Shown here: positions 48,917 through 59,088 of the stretch, one piece after another
Layout: each line of letters opens with the position of its first letter
Numbering within the stretch: position 1 is the first letter of the stretch
NCBI GenBank assembly: GCA_040389905.1
Contig: JAZJZK010000005.1
Span: forward strand, 128,001-192,000
Length of the DNA stretch: 64,000 nt
From: Gemmatimonadota bacterium
GTDB lineage: Bacteria > Gemmatimonadota > Gemmatimonadetes > Gemmatimonadales > Gemmatimonadaceae
Reading direction: 5' to 3'
The notes under the pieces: generated by a model
What the model saw: only the letters and a program-made list of their open reading frames with translations
Told to the model about the DNA's origin: nothing
The model's database searches: none
Program-made: the position numbers and the translations under genes

Positions 48917-51580
48917 ATGAAGAGACGCGATTTTCTCCGCCACGGGCTTGTCAGCGCGGCAGTCGTACGCGGATTGGCCTGGCCTCCGCGCGCCGCACGC
49001 AATGTTGTCTTTGTCATCGAGCCAGGTGACCCGGTGGCCGACGCGCCGCCGGTGAAGGTGGCGCTCGCGCTGCTCGAACAACAACTGATCGCCGTCGGCG
49101 CAACGGTCAGCACGGTGTCGGCAATCAATGAGAGCGCCAAGGGCGACCTCTGTCTCGTGATTGGCGGGAAGGAGAGCGCGACGGCCCGAGCTGTCCTTCG
49201 CTCCGCCCGCGCGACGGCGCCGACCGCCGCGGAAGGCCTGGTCCTCGCAGGAACGACGATGTCCGGACGCAGCGCGATTGTCGCCTGCGGTGCGGACGCG
49301 CGCGGGCTCTCCTACGCGCTACGCGAGCTCGCGGACAGCGTCGAGCACGGGACGCCGGCAGTGTCCGCGCTGCGTATCTCGCGCCCAATCGCACAGCAGC
49401 CGGCGAATGCAGTGCGAAGCGTCATGCGGCAATTCACCAGCGAGCCGCTCGACAAGCCGTGGTACAACGACCGCGACGGGTGGACGCGCTATCTCGACAT
49501 GCTCGCGACGCACCGCTTCAATCGCCTGCACCTCGCATTCGGTCTCGGCTACGACACGCTGTCGCGCGTGACCGATTCCTACATGGTCTTCCTGTACCCG
49601 TTCCTGCTGTCTGTGCCGGGTTACCCCGTGCGGGCGACGAACCTTCCCGATGCGGAACGTGATCGCAATCTCGAGATGCTGCGTTTCGCCAGCGAACAGG
49701 CCGTCGCCAGGGGGCTCGACTTTCAACTCGGCATCTGGATGCATGGTTATGCCATGCCGAACAGCCCCGGCGCGAAGTACGTCATCGAGGGACTCACGGC
49801 GGAAACGCATGCGCCGTACTGCCGCGACGCGCTCACGGCCGTGTTGAAGGCCTGTCCGGCGATCTCCGCGGTCGCACTGCGTATTCACGGAGAGAGCGGG
49901 ATCGCCGAGGGCAGCTACGAATTCTGGGGTACGGTGTTCGATGGCGTGCCGCGTGCGGGGCGACAGGTCGAGATCGACCTGCACGCGAAAGGGATCGATA
50001 CGACAATGATTTCCCGTGCGTCGAAAACCGGGATGCCGATCAACCTGTCGCCAAAATTCGCTGCGGAACACTGCGGCATGCCCTATCACCAGGCAGCGAT
50101 TCGCGATCTCGAGATGCCTGTTGCCGGGCATACGGGCGCGGGGCTGATGACGCTGAGCGAAGGCCAGCGTGTATTCACGCGCTATGGCTACGCGGATCTC
50201 ATGCGCGACGATCGCGCATACACGGTGCGCACGCGTGTGTTCGCGGGAACGCAGCGATTGCTCGCGTGGGGCGATCCGGAGTGGGCCGCGGAATATTCCC
50301 GCGCTTTCCAATTTGCGGGCATGACGGGAGCTGACCTCATGGAACCGTTGACGTGTCGCGGTCGACGAGGCACCGGCGTGGGGCGTCGTGATGGCTATGC
50401 CGATGCGACACTTGCTCCAGCGCGCGATTGGGAGAAATATTCGGCGTGGTATCGTGCGTGGGGACGCACGATGTATGACCCGCGCACCGCGCCTGACGTC
50501 TTCAGTCGTTCGTTTGGAAGCGACGCACGTTCGCGCGCGCTCGCATCGGCGCTCGCGCGCGCGAATCGCATACTGCCCATCGTAACCAATGCACATCTCC
50601 CGTCCGCGGCATGTGATGCGTACTGGCCGGAGATCTACTGGAACCACCGAATCGTCGGCGACACGCCGCGGAATCCCTATGGTGACTCGCCGTCGCCGAA
50701 GAACTTTCAGCATGTGAGCCCACTCGATCCGCAGCTGTTCACGTCGATCAGCGAGCATGCGGAGGAATTGGCCGCGGGTGCGCGAAGCGGGAAGTATTCG
50801 CCGATCGACGTCGCACAGTGGCTCGAGGACCTTGCCACACGTGCGGATGCCGACCTGGGGCGCGCGGGATCCGGCACGTCACCAGACCGCCGCCGCATCG
50901 CAGTCGACGTGGGAATCCAGATTGGCCTCGGCCGCTTCTTCGCGGCGAAACTGCGGAGTGGCGTGCTGTACGCACTGTTCGAGCGCACGGGCGATCGACG
51001 AGCGCTAGTCGAAGCGCTGGCACTTTATCGCCGTGCGCAAGCGGCGTGGTCGGCGATGTCCGAACAGCAGCGTGGTGTGTACCAGGCCGATCTGTCGGTC
51101 AGCGACAAGATATCGGAGCACGGACAGTGGGCCGATCGCCTACCGTTGATCGAACAGGACGTTCAGCAGATGGAGCAAAAGCTTTCTGCGGCGGCGACGA
51201 CCGACCATCCGCGCGTTCCCGCGGCGATTGCCGAAGCGAAGAGTGTCGTGCGCAGGACGACCGCGGTCGTAACACATACGCCGCCCGCACGATTCACCCC
51301 CGGTAGCGGGGTCGTCATCACCGTGGCGGTACCGAACCGAAAGGCGAGCTCGGCGCGGTTGTATTACCGCCACGTGAATCAGGCGGAGCGATACGAAGTC
51401 GTCGAGATGACCGCGCACGGCACGAATTACTCGGCGAGCATCCCTGGCGCGTACACGGATTCGCCGTATCCGCTCCAGTACTATTTCGAGATACGAGAAA
51501 GTCCGGCGATGGCGTGGCTCGCACCGAGTTTCGGCCCGGATCTCGGGAATCAACCGTACTACGTATTGCGTCGCGTCTAA
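48917..51580 (+). CDS. Large Tat-exported protein, possibly glycoside-hydrolase-like
   Basis: Twin-arginine KRRDFL; GH20/GH67-N-like segment (GADARGLSYA); barrel-like core. Confidence 0.7.
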   Translation: MKRRDFLRHGLVSAAVVRGLAWPPRAARNVVFVIEPGDPVADAPPVKVALALLEQQLIAVGATVSTVSAINESAKGDLCLVIGGKESATARAVLRSARATAPTAAEGLVLAGTTMSGRSAIVACGADARGLSYALRELADSVEHGTPAVSALRISRPIAQQPANAVRSVMRQFTSEPLDKPWYNDRDGWTRYLDMLATHRFNRLHLAFGLGYDTLSRVTDSYMVFLYPFLLSVPGYPVRATNLPDAERDRNLEMLRFASEQAVARGLDFQLGIWMHGYAMPNSPGAKYVIEGLTAETHAPYCRDALTAVLKACPAISAVALRIHGESGIAEGSYEFWGTVFDGVPRAGRQVEIDLHAKGIDTTMISRASKTGMPINLSPKFAAEHCGMPYHQAAIRDLEMPVAGHTGAGLMTLSEGQRVFTRYGYADLMRDDRAYTVRTRVFAGTQRLLAWGDPEWAAEYSRAFQFAGMTGADLMEPLTCRGRRGTGVGRRDGYADATLAPARDWEKYSAWYRAWGRTMYDPRTAPDVFSRSFGSDARSRALASALARANRILPIVTNAHLPSAACDAYWPEIYWNHRIVGDTPRNPYGDSPSPKNFQHVSPLDPQLFTSISEHAEELAAGARSGKYSPIDVAQWLEDLATRADADLGRAGSGTSPDRRRIAVDVGIQIGLGRFFAAKLRSGVLYALFERTGDRRALVEALALYRRAQAAWSAMSEQQRGVYQADLSVSDKISEHGQWADRLPLIEQDVQQMEQKLSAAATTDHPRVPAAIAEAKSVVRRTTAVVTHTPPARFTPGSGVVITVAVPNRKASSARLYYRHVNQAERYEVVEMTAHGTNYSASIPGAYTDSPYPLQYYFEIRESPAMAWLAPSFGPDLGNQPYYVLRRV

Positions 51581-51609
51581 AGGGCGCGCGATCGGCGCGC
51601 TCAGCCGTT

Positions 51610-51762
51610 CTATCCTTGCCGTTTGAAGAACTGGACTGCGCGTTCGTGCTTCTGCGCGGCGGCGCGCGTGCTGAAGGTCCCGAGGTTCCGGCGCTTCCCG
51701 GTCTTCGGGTTCTTCTTGCGTGAATAGAGGCGGAACTCGCCGCTCTTGAGATTGCGTATCAT
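51610..51762 (-). CDS. Small, very basic hypothetical protein
   Basis: SD GGAGGAG; MIRNLKSGEFRLYSRKKNPKTGKRRNLGTF. Confidence 0.8.
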   Translation of the reverse strand: MIRNLKSGEFRLYSRKKNPKTGKRRNLGTFSTRAAAQKHERAVQFFKRQG

Positions 51763-51841
51763 CGCGCTCCTCCGGTTGACCGTTCGCATCAATCGTGGGC
51801 GCGAGAAGCGTGCCAGTCAGGCACGGTAACGGCGCGACGAC

Positions 51842-51887
51842 TTGACACGGTACGGGCGATGGCGCTACATCTTGATTATCAAGATGT
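51842..51887 (+). promoter_or_regulatory. Promoter region with a perfect palindrome, probable PadR operator
   Basis: TTGACA at 51842; ACATCTTGAT-T-ATCAAGATGT at 51867-51887, just upstream of padR. Confidence 0.65.
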
Positions 51888-51914
51888 GACAGTCAACTGG
51901 AGCCGAGCGTCGTC

Positions 51915-52250
51915 GTGGACGAACCGAATACCGATGTCATCCAGGGAACCCTGGACATGCTCATCCTCAAGTCGCTCAGCCTCGAGCCCATGCACGGCTT
52001 CGGGGTAGCGCGGCGAATCGAACAGATCTCGCGTGGCGTATTCAAGGTCAATCCGGGCTCGCTCCTCGTGGCCTTCCAGCGGCTCGAGCGCAACGGCCTC
52101 ATCGACGCCGCATGGCGCCAGACGGAAAACTCGCGCCGAGCGAAGTTCTATCAACTCACGCGCGCGGGGACGAAACAGCTCGGCATCGAGACCGCGGATT
52201 GGGCGCGTCGTGCCGCGGCCGTCGCACGCCTGCTGCGCGCGGAGAGCTGA
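51915..52250 (+). CDS. PadR family regulator (ADOP-associated subtype)
   Basis: QGTLDMLILK, HGFG, ENSRRAKFYQLT. Confidence 0.92.
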   Translation: MDEPNTDVIQGTLDMLILKSLSLEPMHGFGVARRIEQISRGVFKVNPGSLLVAFQRLERNGLIDAAWRQTENSRRAKFYQLTRAGTKQLGIETADWARRAAAVARLLRAES

Positions 52251-52253
52251 CCA

Positions 52254-54935
52254 ATGTCGGTAACGAGCATCTGGCGACATGTCACACGTGGCGTCCGCGC
52301 TCTCGTCCCGGGATCCGGGCACGATCGCGATCTCCAGGACGAGCTGACTCACTATCTCGATCAGGCGACCAAAGCGCATATCGCCAATGGCCTGACGCTG
52401 GAAGACGCACGCCGCGCAGCGCAGCGCGACGTCGGCAACCTGACCGTGGCCCGCGAGTCGGTCCACGCCTCGCTCTGGGAGAATACCATCGCAACCCTTG
52501 TCACCGATGTTCGTTATGCGATGCGGATGCTGCGTCGCAGTCCGGTCTTTACAACGATCATCGTGCTCGTCATTTCGCTGGGGATCGGCGCGGTCACCAC
52601 GATCTTCAGCGCGGCGAATGGCATCCTCTTCAAGCCGCTTCCGGGCGCGAGCGACCCGGGCCGGCTCGTTGGCATCGATCGCATCGAGCCAGCAGAACGC
52701 GGTGGCACGCAAGCGACCTATCCCTACTACCGGTTCCTTCGCGAGCGCACGCGCACACTCTCGGGTATCGCAGCGTGGGGCAAGGCCACCTTGACGCTGA
52801 ACACAGGCCAGAGTGGGCATTCCGTCTACGCGAACATCGTCAGTGGAAACTTCTTCTCCGTCCTCGGTGTGCGACCGGCGCTAGGCCGGTTCTTTCTGCC
52901 GGAAGAAGACGTTACTCCGCTCACGCATCCGGTCATCGTCGTCTCACACGAATTCTGGGAATCCGCACTCGGTGCGGACAGCAGTGCCATCGGTCGCACC
53001 ATCGGCGTGAACGGCGCCGCATTCACGCTCGTCGGCGTAGCGCCGCGTGGTTTCCGTGGTGTGTTCACTCCGATCGTCACCTCCGCATGGGTTCCGCTGA
53101 TGATGGCCGAGCGCGTCCGGCCGAGGACCGACTTCGAGAGCGCGGCCGCGAGCTGGCTCTGGACCTTTGGCCGGCTGAACCGGGGTGTCAATCGCGAAGT
53201 GGCGAGGCAGGAGCTCCGCGCGCTCACTGCGGATCGGATCGCACAGGGTGTCGAACCGAAATGGATGGAGCGCAACAACGGTATCAGGCTCATCGGCCTC
53301 ACCGGACTTCCCGACGACGCGCACAAAGCGATGCTCGCGTTCGCATCCGTGCTGCTCGGCGTGGCAATCATGGTGTTGCTGATCGCCAGTGTGAACGTGG
53401 CCGCGATGCTCTCGGCGCGCGCGGTCGCGCGGCAGCACGAAATGGCCATCCGCGTCGCGCTCGGTGCGGGGCGTTTGCGGCTCGTTCGTCAATTGCTCAC
53501 CGAGAGCGTGATGCTATTCGTCCTGGGAGCAGCGGGCGGTGTAGGTCTCGCATGTGGCGCGACCTGGCTGCTCGAGCGCATTCCACTGCCGATCGGTGAG
53601 CCGCTGTCGCTCGAACTGTCCCCGGACTATCGCGTTCTCGTGTTCGCGCTGCTGGTGTCCCTCGTCACAGGGGTGCTCTTTGGTCTTGCACCCGCATTGC
53701 GAGCCGCTCGGCTCGATGTCACGTCACGTCTGCGCAACGACTCGCGGACAGGTGACGCGCGACGGGGACTCATCAGCAATGCGCTCGTCGTCGGCCAGCT
53801 TGCGCTCTCACTGCTACTGCTGGTTTCAGCGGGGCTGTTGTTGCGCGCGCTTGATCATGGCCGGAGCGTCGATCCGCGCTTCGATGTCAAGGGTGTGGCC
53901 ACCGCGGAGCTCAAGGCTGAGTCGTGGGGGTACGATGAGGCCAAGGCGCGCACGTTTTATCGAGCGCTCCGTGAGCGCGTGCAAGGACTTCCGGGAGTAA
54001 CGGAGGTGTCGTACACGAGTCGGCTGCCGCTTCAGATGAGCTCGAGCAGCAGCAACATCCGACTCGACAACGCGCAAACACCGGGACGTGCAGAAGAACG
54101 CGGAACTCCCGTGCAGACGGACGTTGTCGACGTCGACTACTTCTCCGTCGTGCGAATTCCGGTTCTTGCCGGCAGGCCGTTTCGTACCAGCGACGACCAA
54201 GACGCACCACGTGTCGCGATCGTCAACGAGACGTTCGCGAAGAAGCATTGGGCTGTCGGCGGCGCGATTGGCCAGACGTTCGTCGCGGATGGAACGCAGG
54301 TCACCATCATCGGTATCGCGCGCGACGCCAAGTACTCGACGCTGACGGAAACCACGCCGTCGCACGTATACTATGCTGTGGGCCAGGGCGCGCAGACGGA
54401 GCTGACGCTCATGGTGAGGACGACCGGTAGCGCCGATTCGCTGCGCGCACCGATTCGCGACGCGGTGCTTGCACTGGATCGCGGACTTCCACCACCGGCT
54501 GTCGTCAGTCTCGAGAATGCGACGAGCTTCGTGTTATTGCCGCAGAGAGTTGCGGCGATGGTGACGGGTGCGCTGGGCGTACTCGGTCTCTTGCTAGCGT
54601 CGATTGGACTGTACGGAATCATCTCGTATTCGGTGAGTCGTCGCTCGCGCGAGATCGGTGTGCGCATGGCGCTTGGAGCACGTGCAACCGATGTGCATCG
54701 GATGGTGGTACGGAGCGGCATGCGCCTCACAGCGATGGGAGTCGTCATCGGTCTCGTGCTCGCGATGGCCGCGTCGCGACTGCTCGTCGCGTTCCTGTAC
54801 GGAGTTAATCCGCTCGACGCTCTCACCTTCGCCGCGACATCCGCGCTGTTGGTCGCAGTGGCATTTCTTGCCAGTTACCTTCCCGCGCGCCGTGCAGCGG
54901 CGGCCGATCCGCTGGTGGCGCTACGGTCGAACTGA
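52254..54935 (+). CDS. ADOP duplicated MacB/FtsX-type ABC permease
   Basis: DVRYAMRML, SLGIGA, E(M/I)xxRxALGA twice, PARRAAAADP. Confidence 0.92.
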   Translation: MSVTSIWRHVTRGVRALVPGSGHDRDLQDELTHYLDQATKAHIANGLTLEDARRAAQRDVGNLTVARESVHASLWENTIATLVTDVRYAMRMLRRSPVFTTIIVLVISLGIGAVTTIFSAANGILFKPLPGASDPGRLVGIDRIEPAERGGTQATYPYYRFLRERTRTLSGIAAWGKATLTLNTGQSGHSVYANIVSGNFFSVLGVRPALGRFFLPEEDVTPLTHPVIVVSHEFWESALGADSSAIGRTIGVNGAAFTLVGVAPRGFRGVFTPIVTSAWVPLMMAERVRPRTDFESAAASWLWTFGRLNRGVNREVARQELRALTADRIAQGVEPKWMERNNGIRLIGLTGLPDDAHKAMLAFASVLLGVAIMVLLIASVNVAAMLSARAVARQHEMAIRVALGAGRLRLVRQLLTESVMLFVLGAAGGVGLACGATWLLERIPLPIGEPLSLELSPDYRVLVFALLVSLVTGVLFGLAPALRAARLDVTSRLRNDSRTGDARRGLISNALVVGQLALSLLLLVSAGLLLRALDHGRSVDPRFDVKGVATAELKAESWGYDEAKARTFYRALRERVQGLPGVTEVSYTSRLPLQMSSSSSNIRLDNAQTPGRAEERGTPVQTDVVDVDYFSVVRIPVLAGRPFRTSDDQDAPRVAIVNETFAKKHWAVGGAIGQTFVADGTQVTIIGIARDAKYSTLTETTPSHVYYAVGQGAQTELTLMVRTTGSADSLRAPIRDAVLALDRGLPPPAVVSLENATSFVLLPQRVAAMVTGALGVLGLLLASIGLYGIISYSVSRRSREIGVRMALGARATDVHRMVVRSGMRLTAMGVVIGLVLAMAASRLLVAFLYGVNPLDALTFAATSALLVAVAFLASYLPARRAAAADPLVALRSN

Positions 54936-55014
54936 ACAGCGCAACATCAGGTTCGCTCCGCCCAGAGACTGCACGTTACTATCGGCATCGGGACGCAATC
55001 GGCTAGAATTGCGA

Positions 55015-56538
55015 ATGCGCCTCCCACTCGTTCCAGTTCGGACGGTCTCACGGCTCGTCCTCATCACCGTGATCTCCACCGAGGCAGGCTGCATCGCGGG
55101 TCGACAAACCGGCGGTGGCCTCCCCGATGATCCGCCGGCGCTCACCGCCATCGTTGAATCCGACCTCCGACGCGACCTGTTCGCGCTCGCGAGCACCGAG
55201 ATGCGTGGCCGAGAGGGCGGAACGGTGGACGAGCTGCGAGCCTCGGCATGGCTGGCCGAACGGGCGCGAGAGGCCGGTCTCGAGCCGGCAGGCGATGACG
55301 GCACGTACTTCCAGTTCTGGCGAATGCGTCGAAGCCGAGTGTCCGACGCCAGCAGCGTTTCGTTGGGTGGTGCGGCCATCCGCATGCCGGACGACGGCGT
55401 TTTCGTAACCCCGGTCAGCGCCAGCGTCGATCTCCCTGTTGTGTATGTTGGCGAGGGACGGGCAGCCGATCTGGCGAACATCGATCTCCGTGGCAAAGCG
55501 GTGGCAGCGCTGTTGACAGCGCCGGAGAATTCACCGCCTGTCGGTCCCCTGCTCACGGCGCGCCGCTACACGATGCTGGCCGTGAGGCAGCGCGCGGCAT
55601 TTCTCTCCGAACGCGGCGCGGCGGCAGTGCTCATCGTCTCCGATTCCATTGGGGAGACACAATTCCAGAACATTGCCACCGGATGGGCGCGCGGGAGCTA
55701 TGCGCTCGATACGGCGACGAGTGTGGTAACCCGTCCAACGCGCGTACCGGTGCTGTGGCTTCGCCGTGCATCGCTCGCGCGTGTGCGTGGTGCCACGGCT
55801 GCGCGGTTCGTCGCGTCCGTCACGACCGATGATTTCGTGGTGCCATCCGTGAACGTCGTCGCGCGCGTACGCGGCACCGACCCTGTGAGACGCGAAGAAC
55901 ACATTCTCTACAGTGCACATCAGGACGGACTCGGTGTTCGCTATGCGTGGGATGGTGACTCAACGTGGAAGGGCGCGGATGACAACGCGACGACGAGTGT
56001 TGCACTGTTGGCGATTGGCCGCGCGTTCCGCGCTGCCCCAGCGCGTCGGTCGGTGCTGTTCGTCTGGCACGGATCGGAGGAGCTCGGTCTCCTCGGGTCG
56101 CGCTGGTTTGCGCTGCATCCTACGGTGCCGCGCGCGTCCCTTGCCGCGGTGATCAACGGCGACATGATCGGACGGAATCACCCGGACACCGCCGCGCTGA
56201 TGGGTGTGATGTCCCCGAACCGAAACTCCCGTGTGCTCGCCGATATGGCGCTGTCCGCCAATGCGCGCGTGAGCCGCTTTGCGATCGATACGTCATGGGA
56301 TGCGCCGACGCATCCCGAGGGTCTCTTCCAGCGGAGCGATCACTGGCCGTACGCGCTCCAGCGAATTCCGGTCATCTATTTCTCGACCGCGTTGAGCGCC
56401 GACTATCACACACCTCGCGACGAAGCCTCGCGCATCGACTATGCCAAGCTCACGCGCATGTCGCAGTGGATGTACGCCACCGGGTGGGCCGCGGCGAACG
56501 CCGATCAACGACCGACGTTGGACGGAGGAAGACGATAG
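55015..56538 (+). CDS. M28 family peptidase with PA domain
   Basis: SAHQD, GADDNA, SEELG, NGDMIG, RSDH, YHTP. Confidence 0.9.
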   Translation: MRLPLVPVRTVSRLVLITVISTEAGCIAGRQTGGGLPDDPPALTAIVESDLRRDLFALASTEMRGREGGTVDELRASAWLAERAREAGLEPAGDDGTYFQFWRMRRSRVSDASSVSLGGAAIRMPDDGVFVTPVSASVDLPVVYVGEGRAADLANIDLRGKAVAALLTAPENSPPVGPLLTARRYTMLAVRQRAAFLSERGAAAVLIVSDSIGETQFQNIATGWARGSYALDTATSVVTRPTRVPVLWLRRASLARVRGATAARFVASVTTDDFVVPSVNVVARVRGTDPVRREEHILYSAHQDGLGVRYAWDGDSTWKGADDNATTSVALLAIGRAFRAAPARRSVLFVWHGSEELGLLGSRWFALHPTVPRASLAAVINGDMIGRNHPDTAALMGVMSPNRNSRVLADMALSANARVSRFAIDTSWDAPTHPEGLFQRSDHWPYALQRIPVIYFSTALSADYHTPRDEASRIDYAKLTRMSQWMYATGWAAANADQRPTLDGGRR

Positions 56539-56555
56539 CGACCCGTAAAGGAGGA

Positions 56556-56605
56556 GCAGGCCCTTCGCTGCGCTCCTCGAGGCCAGGCAGGCGACAAAAC
56601 GAGCG
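56556..56605 (-). repeat. Family B repeat, interrupted by a short insertion
   Basis: GCAGGCCCTTCGCTGCGCTC...GGCGACAAAACGAGCG. Confidence 0.75.
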
Positions 56606-58024
56606 TCAACCACTGCAGGCCCCCGGCGGCGGCGCAGGTATGGACTTCACGTACGCCGGCGCTGCGACATAGAAATCCGTGGCCGACTGGCTGAAGCTCG
56701 TGATGAATCGCGATTGCCAATTGACTCCCGCGGGCAGTCTGGCGCTGTCGTTGATCCACGTGTGCAGATCATATAGCGTTTTGCCGACAGAGAGCTGCTC
56801 GATGGCGAGCCCGGTGAGCGCATGGACGGGCCCAGGAGTCCCCTGCGCGCTGAGATTCGCTTCAAGTGTCTCGAGGTTCGGAATGCCGGGCGGTTGCCGC
56901 GTCGCGTATTCCGCAATCTCGGCCGCTGCGCAGCTTCGCCACACGTCCAATGACAGGAGGCCTCGCGCGGCGAGTGACGATGCGGCCGCCAACTCGGCGA
57001 TCCCCTCGAACATCCACTCTGGTCCGGCGTTAGGCTGGCCATCTGCCCGGTTCCACGCTGCTTGAAAGCGGTGGTGAAGTTCGTGTGCCACGATCTTCTG
57101 TCTGAACACCGGTCCGCTCGCCAGCCAGCGGGTGCTGGCCATGCAGATCGTGATGGTGCTCGCGTCAGTGCGGGCCGCATTCCCAATACGTGAGTCACAC
57201 AATGGTGACGACAATACCCCGTTGATCTTCGTCGCCCCGACCTGTGGAAGGATTGTACTCGGCAGGCATCCAGGAATCACGATTAGTGTGGAGCATGTGA
57301 AACGGAGCGCCAACACATCACGCAGGTAGGGGTACGCGTACAGAAAAACATCCTTCACCACTTGCTGGTCGGCCTGCGAACTCCCGGCATCGAACGCAAA
57401 AGTGAACGGCGTCAACTGGCTGGCCAAGGCAAACGAGCTACTCGAAGCACCGGCGCTGGCAGTGATGACGACCGTTCCAATCCGCAGCGCGGTAGCCACG
57501 CCGTCAGCATCGATTGATACGAGCGTGGGATCGGAACTCGACCACGACGGCGTAACGGCGACGGGAGTGCCGGCCGCATTACTGAGAATTGCTGTCAGTT
57601 TCGTCGTCGTTCCGGCCTGAACCGTCGCGGCTCCGGAGATAACGATGGACGTGACTGTGCTCGGCGCCGGACCGACTGTGAGACCGAGTGTACCGGATTT
57701 GCCATCGGCCGCTGCGCTGATCGTCGCCGTGCCGACCGCGTGTGCGGTTACGGTGCCGTCCGACGCGGCCGTCGCAACGGATTCGTTCGTACTCGCCCAT
57801 GTGAACGCCTTGCCGCTGATCTCGGTGCCCGACGAGTTGCGCGCGATGGCGGTCAATCGCGTCGCCTTTCCACTCTCGATGATCGTGGCACCACTCACGG
57901 TGATCGTGACGGCGACGGACGATACGGTATTGGTTGCTGGGGCGGTACCCGTCGGGCTCTCAGAGCCGCCGCATGCGGCGATCACGGTCAGCACAGCAAT
58001 GGAAAATTGCGCGGGTCGGATCAT
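56606..58024 (-). CDS. Lipoprotein with two Ig-like (Big_2) domains and a HExxH metallopeptidase-like domain
   Basis: Lipobox IAAC; TWASTNESVATA and WSSSDPTLVSI; HELHH plus EGIAE. Confidence 0.78.
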   Translation of the reverse strand: MIRPAQFSIAVLTVIAACGGSESPTGTAPATNTVSSVAVTITVSGATIIESGKATRLTAIARNSSGTEISGKAFTWASTNESVATAASDGTVTAHAVGTATISAAADGKSGTLGLTVGPAPSTVTSIVISGAATVQAGTTTKLTAILSNAAGTPVAVTPSWSSSDPTLVSIDADGVATALRIGTVVITASAGASSSSFALASQLTPFTFAFDAGSSQADQQVVKDVFLYAYPYLRDVLALRFTCSTLIVIPGCLPSTILPQVGATKINGVLSSPLCDSRIGNAARTDASTITICMASTRWLASGPVFRQKIVAHELHHRFQAAWNRADGQPNAGPEWMFEGIAELAAASSLAARGLLSLDVWRSCAAAEIAEYATRQPPGIPNLETLEANLSAQGTPGPVHALTGLAIEQLSVGKTLYDLHTWINDSARLPAGVNWQSRFITSFSQSATDFYVAAPAYVKSIPAPPPGACSG

Positions 58025-58144
58025 CTCGCATCGTGGCGTCAGGTCAATTGTCCAGCAGAGTGCGGACAATTTTGCATGCAGTCGAGTCCAGCGCAAGGGA
58101 GGACGACGGAGGCCGCGCCCTTCACGCCTGACGGCCGGACAGCC

Positions 58145-59074
58145 CTATCGCAATCGCGCCCGCAGTACCGTCGGCGTGATCCCCAGCTCTCGACGGCAAA
58201 TAGTGACGAAGTGGGCATGGCTGGCAAACCCTGCCGAGTGCGCGATTGCGGAGAGATTCGAACCGATCGACGACGTGCGTCCGTCGAGTTGCTCCATCGC
58301 GTACTGGAGGCGCAGGCGCACGCGGTACGAATGCATCGTCTGCCCGGTTTGCTCCCTGAAGACGCGACACAAATGAAAGGCCGAGGTCTGAAGCGTTCGC
58401 GCAAGCTCGGATACGGACCGGTTCTCCAGCGCGGTGCGCGCGAGCTCGGCACGCGCGGCCTCGGCGAGATCCCTTCGGCGCAAGCTGGGGCGCCCGTGAT
58501 CGAGCGGCACTCGCGTGCCAGCCTCGGCGCGCGCCGCGGCGAGCACACTCGCAACGATCGCGAGCACTTCCTCCTCCGCCTCGAGCGCGGAGAGCTGTCG
58601 AGCGGCCGCACGACGCTGGAGGGCCCGCTGGCGCAGGTAGAGCGCCGAGCTGGCTGGGGCGCGCTCGAAGCCGAATGGCCGATCCGCGGACGCGACGTGC
58701 GGCGCGAGAGACGCGGCCGCGTCGCGAGCGAAATCATCGGAAAGGGCGAACCAGTCGCAGTGATCCCCCACGGGGGAAATGGGAAAGCGCTCATACCGCT
58801 GGCCGCGATTGTAGATCGTGACGACGTTGGGGTCGGCAACAAAACGGCGAGATCCCTCGTGGCGAATCCACACGCTTGTGCGGGGAAAGACGACGATCGA
58901 CTGACTGATCGGACCGGTGTTCTGGAATCGAGGGTGATGACGATCGCATCGGAACTGCCCAATGGTGACGTCCGGGCTCGCGTGCAAAATGGAGTCGAGG
59001 TCAGAATCGTGTGTGGGCGAGCAATCATATGGAAGCGCGACGCGTCGCACCTCATATCCTTCAGGGACCGTCAC
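58145..59074 (-). CDS. AraC family transcriptional regulator (start approximate)
   Basis: SAFHLCRVFREQTG, IAHSAGFASHAHF. Confidence 0.9.
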   Translation of the reverse strand: MTVPEGYEVRRVALPYDCSPTHDSDLDSILHASPDVTIGQFRCDRHHPRFQNTGPISQSIVVFPRTSVWIRHEGSRRFVADPNVVTIYNRGQRYERFPISPVGDHCDWFALSDDFARDAAASLAPHVASADRPFGFERAPASSALYLRQRALQRRAAARQLSALEAEEEVLAIVASVLAAARAEAGTRVPLDHGRPSLRRRDLAEAARAELARTALENRSVSELARTLQTSAFHLCRVFREQTGQTMHSYRVRLRLQYAMEQLDGRTSSIGSNLSAIAHSAGFASHAHFVTICRRELGITPTVLRARLR

Positions 59075-59088
59075 CGGAGAAGTCCTCA

